From Somniosus microcephalus (taxonomy: Eukaryota), in NCBI GenBank assembly GCA_052327205.1, contig CM126212.1, positions 52,824,001 through 52,888,000 of the forward strand: a stretch of 64,000 nucleotides of DNA. Reading direction: 5' to 3'. The translations under genes were made by a program, and so were the position numbers. Positions 52,001 to 61,000 of the stretch are shown piece by piece (the first letter of the stretch is position 1; every line of letters starts with the position of its first letter). A model generated the notes under the pieces. That model did not search any database. It had not been told where the DNA came from and worked only from the letters and a program-made list of their open reading frames with translations.

Positions 52001-55000
52001 TGGGCTAAGAGCATACTGGTCAAGGAAATTCTCCTGAACATTTTCCAGAAATTCCTCCCCCTCCTTTCCCTTTCCCCTAGCATTATCCCAATTGATATAT
52101 GGGTAATTAAAGTCCCCCAATATCACCACTCTATAGATCTTGCATATCTCTGCGATTTCCCTGCAGATTTGCTCCCCTACCTCCCTCTCACTATTTGGAG
52201 GCCTATAGAATACCCCCAAGCATGATCATACCCTTTTTGCTTCTCAGCACTAACCAAATGGATTCTGTCCTTGTCCCCTCAAGAACATCCATCTTTCCAA
52301 TGCTACAATGTCTTCCTTAATCAGCACTGCCACCCACCTCATTTTATTCCTTCCCTATCTTTTCTGAACACCTTGTACCCTTGAATATTAAGTGCCCAGT
52401 CCTCACCGATTTTAAACCATGTTTCTGTTATTGCCACATCATATTGCCAAGCGACTAATTGTGCTTGTAGCTCACTGTGATAAATCCATGTAGTGAGACA
52501 AGGAACTCGAAGAGGCGAGGTATGAGGATTTAGACAAGCACTTTATTGAACGACTGCGACACAACCAGGCAGGCCTGCACCTTTGCTGACCTTAGCAGGA
52601 AGCTAACCCCTGACCTTAACAGGAAGCAACCCCTGACCTTAGCAGCAGCATTGGCTACAGCACCACCTGGTGGATAACCTTAATCATAACATCCCAGATT
52701 ACTATATCCCTCCCCCCTTAAGATTTCAGTATGAATTTCTTAACAAACAACCATTCCTAAGGGCCACATAAGAAGTCTCCATTCACCATGTTCCATACTT
52801 GATGAATCTAACAGGTCAGTATCAATCTCTCTGGTGGCTTGCGAGGCCTTTGTGAACGTCTGACAGTAAAGTCCCTGCTTGTTTGTAGTGAAGCCACCAG
52901 CTGCTCCTGAGCAGTGCTCGGAGTATCTGACTCTGCAACGATGGTTTCCTCTTGATGAATGGGCTCCTGTGGAATTGTCTCTGTCCCTGGTGGTGGCACC
53001 ACAGATGCACTTGGATAACTGGGGGCAACCCTGTCCTCAGCCATTGCATCTGGAACCTTCATTTCAATTTCCCCTTGTCTGGTAAGTATCTGATCTACAT
53101 GTCTGCGTACTACCCTACCATCACCCAACATGATCTTGTATGATACGGGACTGGTCATTGAGTCTATGAAGCCAGGAATCCACTTGGGTCCACAACTGAA
53201 ATTCCTGGTAAGGACCGCATCTCCTTCTCCAAAACTTCGGCTCTTTGTTCTTTTGTCATTGTTCTCTTTTTGTTTGTTTTGTCTGTTTTCCATTTTCCTT
53301 TTTAGGTCTGGGTAGACAAGGTCAAGAGTGGAGCGTAGTCTACGACCTAATAACATCTCAGCAGGAGAGAGTCCTGTGGCGGATTGAGGTGTTATTCTGC
53401 AGCTGAACAGAACCCATGACACTTTGGCTGCTAAACTCCCTTCTGCACTTTTTTTCATCATCTCTTTAAATGTTTGTACGGCTCTCTCCGCAAGTCCATT
53501 TGAGGACGGATGATATGGGGCCGAGGCCACCTGTACTATGCCATTTTTTCTCAAGAACTCTTTTGTCTCTGTACTCACAAAACAAGTGGCATTGTCACTT
53601 ATCACAATCTCCGGTAGCCCTTGATTACTGAAGCTCCGACGCAGGCAGTCTATAGTAGTAGTGGCGGAAGCAGAATGTACAAGATAAACATCCATCCATT
53701 TGGAATGTGCATCAATGATTATGAGGAACATCTTCCCCATGAATGGACCCGCATAATCTAAGTGCAATCTTCTCCATGGTTTATCCGGCCACTCCCAGGG
53801 GTGGAGAGGAGCCACTGCTGGTGCCTTCCGGTGTTCCTGACAAGTGCTGCATGTCTTGACTAGATTTTCTATCTCCTCATCTAGCTTTGGCCACCACAAG
53901 TCACTCCGAGTCAAGGCTTTCATACGCGAGACCCCAGGATGACACTGATGTAGTTGCTCTAGGATAGACTGTCATGCTGGCTGTGGAATAATCACTCATG
54001 CTCCCCACAACATGCAACCATCCTGCACACTCAGCTCTGTTTTCCTGACACTGTAGGGTGTGAAGTCAGCCCCTTCCGGATGCTGTGGCCATCCCCTCAC
54101 CACATATTCTCGAACTCTAGACAGTACTGGATCTTTACCTGTCCATGTTCTTACTTGCTCTGCAGTCACAAGTGCTGTGTCAGTGTCCTCCAACATCAAC
54201 ACTCTGTTCTCTGGAGCTGCACGGATAGGTGTGCCTGGCAGTGGAAGACGGCTCGAGGCATCTGCGTTCCCATGGTACTTGCCCGCCTTGTAGATGATGA
54301 CAATACTCATATGCCCTCAACGTCACGGCTCACCTCTGGATCCGGGGTGACACCATCTGTGGAACTGCTTTCATTTCATTGAAAAGAGAGATAAGAGGTT
54401 TATGATCGGTGCATATGGTAAATTTCCTGCCATATTTGTACTTGTGGAACCTCTGTAACCCAAACATTACTGCTAACCCCTCTTTGTCTAACTGGGAATA
54501 GTTTTTTTTCCGCTGGTGTTAGAGTTCTGGACATAAACCCTATTGGTCTTTCAGTTCCATCTTCCATGCAGTGTGAAAGAACTGCCCCCACCCCGTAAGG
54601 TGAAGCATCACAAGAGAGAATGATGTCTTTCTCTGCATTGTAGTGAACCAGCACATCCGACGACAGCATCAGTTTCTTGGACTGTTCAAATGAAACCCCC
54701 TGCTCCTCTCCCCACTGCCACTGTGTCTCCTTGCGCAGTAGTTTGTGAAGAGGTGCTAACACAGTTGACAAGTTTGGTAAAAACCTGTTATAATAGTTCA
54801 GCAGTCCCAGGTAAGCTTTTAACTCAGCCACAATTGTAGGAGCAGGGGCGTCCTGCAGTGCTTGTACCTTCTTCTTGAGTGGATGGAGCCTGGTGGCGTC
54901 CACTCTGTGTCCCAGGAACACTGCCTCATTCCCCAGGAAAGTGCACTTACTCCTCTTGAGCCAGAACCCTGCCCTCTCCAATCTCTGTAGTACCTCTCTC

Positions 55001-58000
55001 AGAGTGCTCAGATGCTCCTGGTCGGTTTGTCCCGTCACCAGAATGTCATCCAGATAGCTGGAAACATGTGGAATCCCTTGCAGTACACCTTCAATTGTCC
55101 TCTGGAAGATAGCTGGACTAGATGAGACACCAAACGGTAAGCGGTTATATTTAAACAAGCCCTTGTGTGTATTTATGATGTGGAGATGCCGGTGTTGGAC
55201 TGGGGTGGACAAATGTAAGAAATCACACAACACCAGGTTATAGTCCAACAGCTTTATTTGAAATCACAAGCTTTCGGAGCGCTGCTCCTTCGTCAGGTGA
55301 AGTGGAGAGCTGTCAGGAGATGCATCAACGCCAGATTCATCAGCCGCACTCACAAGACAGTCCAGAATGTCACCCGAGCACAACGCAATGCCATCCACGC
55401 TCTCCAGACCAACCGCAACATCGTCATCAAACCAGCAGACAAAGGAGGAGCCATCGTCATACAGAACAGAACGGACTATTGCAAAGAAGCATACCGACAA
55501 CTGGACAACCAGGAACACTACAGACAGTTACCTGCAGATCCGACCAAAGAACACACCCGCCAACTCAACAGATTGATCAAGACCTTCAATCCAGACCTTC
55601 AAAGCATCTTACGCGCTCTCATCCCACGTACTCCCCGCGTGGGAGACTTCTACTGCCTCCCAAAGATACACAAAGCCAACACACCCGGACGTCCTATTGT
55701 ATCAGGCAATGGAACCCTGTGTGAGAACCTCTCTGGATACGTCGAGGGCATCCTGAAACCCATCGTACAGGGAACCCCCAGCTTCTGTCGTGACACTACA
55801 GACTTCTTACAGAAACTCAGCACCCACGGACCAGTTGAACCAGGAACACTCCTCGCCACGATGGACGTCTCGGCACTCTACACCAGTATCCCCCATGATG
55901 ACGGCATCGCTGCGACAGCCTCAGTACTCAACACCAACAACAGCCAATCTCCAGGCGCCATCCTACAACTCATCCGCTTCATCCTTGACCACAATGTCTT
56001 CACCTTCGACAACCAGTTCTTTACCCAAACACACGGAACAGCCATGGGGACCAAATTCGCACCCCAATACGCCAACATCTTCATGCACAAGTTCGAGCAA
56101 GACTTCTTCGCTGCACAGGACCTCCAACCAACGTTATACACCAGATACATCGACGACATTTTCTTCCTATGGACCCACGGCGAAGAATCACTGAAAAGAC
56201 TACACGATAACATCAACAAGTTTCATCCCACCATCAAACTCACCATGGACTACTCCTCAATCAGTTTCATTCTTGGACACACGAATCTCCATCAAAGACG
56301 GACACCTCAGCACTTCACTCTACCGCAAGCCCACAGACAACCTCACGATGCTCCACTTCTCCAGCTTCCACCCTAACCACGTTAAAGAAGCCATCCCCTA
56401 TGGACAAGCCCTGCGAATACACAGGATCTGCTCAGACGAGGAGGAACGCGATGGACACCTACAGATGCTGAAAGACACCCTCGTAAGAACGGGATATGAC
56501 GCTCGGCTCGTCGATCGACAGTTCCGACGGGCCACAGCGAAAAATCGCATAGACCTCCTCAGAAGACAAACATGGGACACAACCAATAGAGTACCCTTCG
56601 CGTCCAGTACTTCCCCGGAGCGGAGAAACTACGCCATGTTCTTCACAGCCTTCAACATGTCATCGATGCCGATGAACACCTCGCTAAGGCCATCCCCACG
56701 CCTCCACTACTCGCCATCAAACAGCCGCCTAACCTCAAACAGACCATCATTCGCAGCAAATTACCCAGCTTTCAGGAGAACAGCGACCACGACACCACAC
56801 AACCCTGCCACAGCAACCTCTGCAAGACATGCCAGATCATCAACACACGTGAGGACACCACCCACCAGGTACATGGTACATACTTATGTGACTCGGCCAA
56901 CGTTGTCTACCTCATACGTTGCAGGAAAGGATGCCCCGGAGCATGGTACATCGGTGAGACCATGCAGACACTGCGACAATGGATGAACGGACACCGCGCA
57001 ACAATCACCAGGCAGGAGTGTTCCCTTCCAGTCGGGGAACACTTCAGCAGTCAAGGACATTCAGCCTCCGATCTTCGGGTAAGCATTCTCCAAGGCGGCC
57101 TTCGAGACACACGACAACGCAAAATCATCAAGCAGAAACTGATAGCCAAGTTCCGCACCCATGAGGATGGCCTCAACCGGGATCTAGGGTTCATGTCACG
57201 CTACATGTAACCCCACCTGACGTAGGGTCATCCAGACTCGAGTCGTCGTTGGCTTGTTCTCTCCACACAGATGCGGCCGGACCTGCTGTGATTTCCAGCA
57301 AAAAAAATGTTTTTTGTCTTTTTTTGTTTTTAATACAGACCCCAGCATCTGCAACATTTGACCCCTTGTGACCTCACCTCATTGTTCTTTGATGTAATGT
57401 TTTCCTGACTGACCTGTTTGGACACCATTTACACCTTTGATTGCTGTGATTATCTTTCTGCCGAGGTGTGATAAATGGCAGTTAGAAAGATTACCTGTAA
57501 ACATCTGACATTATTCTCTGACTATATAAGCTGTGTTTTTATGCATCTCTCCACTTCACCTGACGAAGGAGCAGCGCTCCGAAAGCTTGTGATTTCAAAT
57601 AAAGCGTTTGGACTATAACCTGGTGTTGTGTGATTTCTTACATTTGTATTTATGGTGACATACTTCTTTGATTCGTCATCCAATGTAATCTGCAAGTAGG
57701 CATGGCTCATATCCAACTTTGTGAATTTCTTTCCTCCAGCCAGGTTTGCAAAGAGATCCTCTGTTTTGGGAATAGGATACTGCTCTAGTTTGGACACCCG
57801 ATTGACTGTTAATTTATAGTCTCCACAGAGTCTTACTGAATTGTCCGGTTTTAAAACAGGTACTATGGGAGCTGCCCATTCCGAACATTTCACTGGCTCC
57901 AGTATGTTCTCTCTCAATAGACAGTCAAGCTCAGCCTCTACCTTTGGCTTTATGGCATAAGGCACAGGTCGTTGTTTAAAAAACCTTGGCGGTGCCTCCT

Positions 58001-61000
58001 TGTCTACATAAATCTTAGCTGGGGGGCCATTAAATGTGCCAAGTTCCTCCTTAAACACATTCTCATGTTCACTCAACACTTCTTGCAAAGTCAACTGTTT
58101 GCCCACATCTATTTGATGTACTGCTCCCCAGTCTAATTTAAGTTCTTTTATCCAGCCCCGACCTAACAGGTTTGGTCCGGTACCCGATACTATAACTACA
58201 GGTAGCTGTTCCACTGTGTCCCTGTGTTGCACAGTTACCTTAGCTGTACCTAATGTCCCTACTCATTCACCTGTATATGTTTTAAGATGCAGGGAGCAAG
58301 GCTTTAACTCTGGAACTTTTGCACAGTTCCACAATTTTGAGTACTCTGCCTTGTTCATTATGGTCACGCCGCACCCTGTATCCACTTCAAAGTTCACCTT
58401 AGAGTCATTTACTGTCAGTTGCAATGTGATAGGAGCCACTTTTGGAATGTTCTCTAACATGCCATACATTATGAACATGTCCTCTTCTTCCTCAGCTTCC
58501 CCGCTGATGTGGTGTGCTCCATGTTTTTTCACTTCTCTCCCTTGGTTTTGCTGTCCTCCCCCTTTTAGTTTGGATTCCTCCACAGGTGATTTCGCCCTGC
58601 AAGCTCGTTTTATATGTCCTTGTTTCCCACACTTGCAGCACTTTTCCTCCAGAAACCGGCATTCACTCGCCAGGTGATCGCCCTTGCATCTATAACATGC
58701 CTTCACATGCTCACGTTGTGGTTTCTGATGCATGTTCAACTTGTGCACAACAACCTGACCTGCAACTTGCGTAGCATTAGCCCTGTCTGAACCCTGTATT
58801 TCTTTTACATCTCGGTTCGCTGTCTCTATGGCTTGAGCACGTTCCAATGCTTTTTCATAAGTAAGCCCAGTCTCGGATAATAATCTGCACTGCATTCGGT
58901 CGTCCATTATTCCGCAAACTAGCCTATCTCTCAGCATTTCCTTCAGGTTGTTCCCATAATTGCAATCTTGTGCCAATTTACGCAACACCGCTACATAGTC
59001 CATTACACTCTCTTCCTCTTTCCTGTTCCTTGAATTAAACTTGAACCGCTGTACAATCTCACTAGGCTTAGGGTTGAAATGTTCTTTTAGCACAGCCACT
59101 AATTCAACAAATGATTTGTCTCCAGGCTTTTCAGGACTGAGCAGGTTCTTCATCAAACTGTAGGTTTGGCTTCCCACTGAACTAAGCAGAATGGCTTTCC
59201 TTTTTCGGGCATCATTTATTTCATTTGCTTTGAAAAAATAACCCAACACTTCACAGTATTCCTCCCAAGTTTGTGCTTGAATATCAAAAGTGGAGACCGT
59301 TCCTACCGTGGCAGCCATGCTCTCTTCCAACTGGTAGCTAACTGCAGCTTGTGATTTTGTTGTTTAAACATCCTGGCAGACTTCTCTTATTCAGGGTCCT
59401 GTTTTACCTCATCGCCAAATGTGATAAATCCATGTAGTGAGGCAAGGAACTCGAAGAGGCGAGGTATGAGGATTTATACGAGTGCTTTATTGAACGACTG
59501 CGAGACAACCAGGCAGGCCTGCTTCCAGGCACTGCACCTTTGCTGACCTTAGCAGGAAGCTAACCCCTGACCTTAACAGGAAGCAACCCCTGACCTTAGC
59601 AGCAGCATTGGCTACAGCACCACCTGGTGGATAACCTTAATCATAACATCCCAGATTACTATACTCACCAACCTTATTCACCACACTTTGTGCATTTATG
59701 TACATGCATTGATGTACATACAATTTTTCGTAGTCTTTCTTAGTCTGCTCCTATCTAATATGGTACTACTTCTGCATCTAGTATTATCCAACACAATCAC
59801 TCTTTTATGTACCTTATTCCTCTTTTCTACTCCTATATGCTGGTGCCCATCCGCCTGCCAAGCTAGTTTAAACCCTCCCCAACAGCACTAGCAAACCTCC
59901 CCAAGGGAATATTGGTCCCGGCTCTGTTGAGTTGTAACCCGTCTGGCTTGTACAGGTCCCACCTTCCCCAGAAATGGTCCCAATGCCTCAGGAATCTAAA
60001 GCCCTCCCTCCTGCGCCATCTCTCCAGCCATGCATTGATCTGTTCTATCCTCCTATTCCTGTACTGACTAGCATGTGGCACTGGGAGTAATCTGGAGGTT
60101 ACTACCTTTCAGGTCCTGCTTTTTAATCTCTCTCCTAGCTCCCTAAACTCTGCATGCAGGACCTCATCCCTCTTTCTGCCTATGTCGTTGGTACTGATTT
60201 GGACCACGACCGCTGGCTGTTCACCCTCCCCCCTCAGAGTGTCTTGCAGCCGCTCAGTGACATCCTTGACCCTGGCACCAGGGAGGCAACATACCATCCT
60301 AGAGTCACGTCTGCAGCCGCAGAAAAGCCTGTCTGCTCCCATAACTATCGAATCCCCTACCACTATTGCTCTTCCCCTTTTTTTCCTCCCTCCCTGTGCA
60401 GCTGAGCCACCCGTGGTGCCATGGACTTGGCTCTGGCTGCACTCCCCAGTGGCAGTGGGGGAGAGAGAGGCTGTGATCAGCAGAGGGGAGGCTGAAGACT
60501 TTCTTGAGGGGCCGAGGGGGAGCACTCCCGCTCCTCCTGGTCCACAGGAGTGCTGGAAAAGGCAGTAGCTCCTGCCTCCGTTTATCTGCCGGGTTTCGCG
60601 AGCCCTGGGAAACACAGGTGCAATGTTCCCTCTAATTTTCTGGGGGCTGCGCGGCCCCTTTAAAGGGCTGCTCTGCCCATTCAAAATTCCGCACATGCGC
60701 GGATTTTTTTCCCTTTAAAAGCCGAGTTTAAAGGGAACATTGCCCGCGTGGCAACTGTTAAATTTAAATCAGGCTCCCAATTGCACTGTGGGAGCCTGAT
60801 TTAAAAATGTTAATGAGGTGCCCTGCCTCCCCACGGCGGGACACTCGCATGCCATGAAACCTGCCGGTGTGAACATGGTACGCGGTGGGATGGAGCCGTT
60901 TTCCCCATTTTGTCAATTTTAACCCCGCCCCCCTGACCCTCTCCCACCCGTCGTTTGGGCTTAATATTGAGGCCAATGAGTGTGAGCATGCTATTCAAAC

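Larger units (their letters stand above)
55178..57644 (+). mobile_element. Penelope-like element (RT + GIY-YIG), 5'-truncated, with inverted 5' pseudo-LTR
   Basis: [25 protein letters not shown]; VVYLIRC...YIGET near 56900-56960; 10-bp TSD TGTATTTATG (55168-55177, 57645-57654); 55209-55308 is an inverted copy of 57548-57647. Confidence 0.95.
52476..59663 (-). mobile_element. Full-length Ty3/Gypsy (Mag-like) retrotransposon D
   Basis: LTRs 59420-59663 and 52476-52706, TSD CTCAC, PBS TGGCGATGAG, PPT at 52707-52720; gag-protease 58263-59318, RT split by Penelope, integrase 52808-53923. Confidence 0.96.
48847..60451 (-). mobile_element. CR1 LINE with ORF1 esterase and ORF2, split by a solo LTR and Gypsy D
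   Basis: ORF1 SGNH-type IVVGDSIV...[11 protein letters not shown] 59863-60450; ORF2 start [20 protein letters not shown] spans the Gypsy insertion; RT FADD 49440-50036; ctatga tail at 48847. Confidence 0.92.
48387..60974. mobile_element. Harbinger-type MITE split by nested insertions (arms 48387-48846 and 60452-60974)
   Basis: Imperfect TIRs ggctccaagattta / ttaatattgaggcc, TSD AAT (48384-48386, 60975-60977); flanks rejoin into an older repeat also seen at 22910-23200. Confidence 0.7.

Noticed and set aside
52476-52580. All six substitutions between Gypsy D LTRs cluster in one half, suggesting recombination
   Set aside because: About half are CpG transitions and the identical half is CpG-poor; numbers too small
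59863-60450. Host SGNH esterase/lipase gene
   Set aside because: It is CR1 ORF1, contiguous with CR1 ORF2
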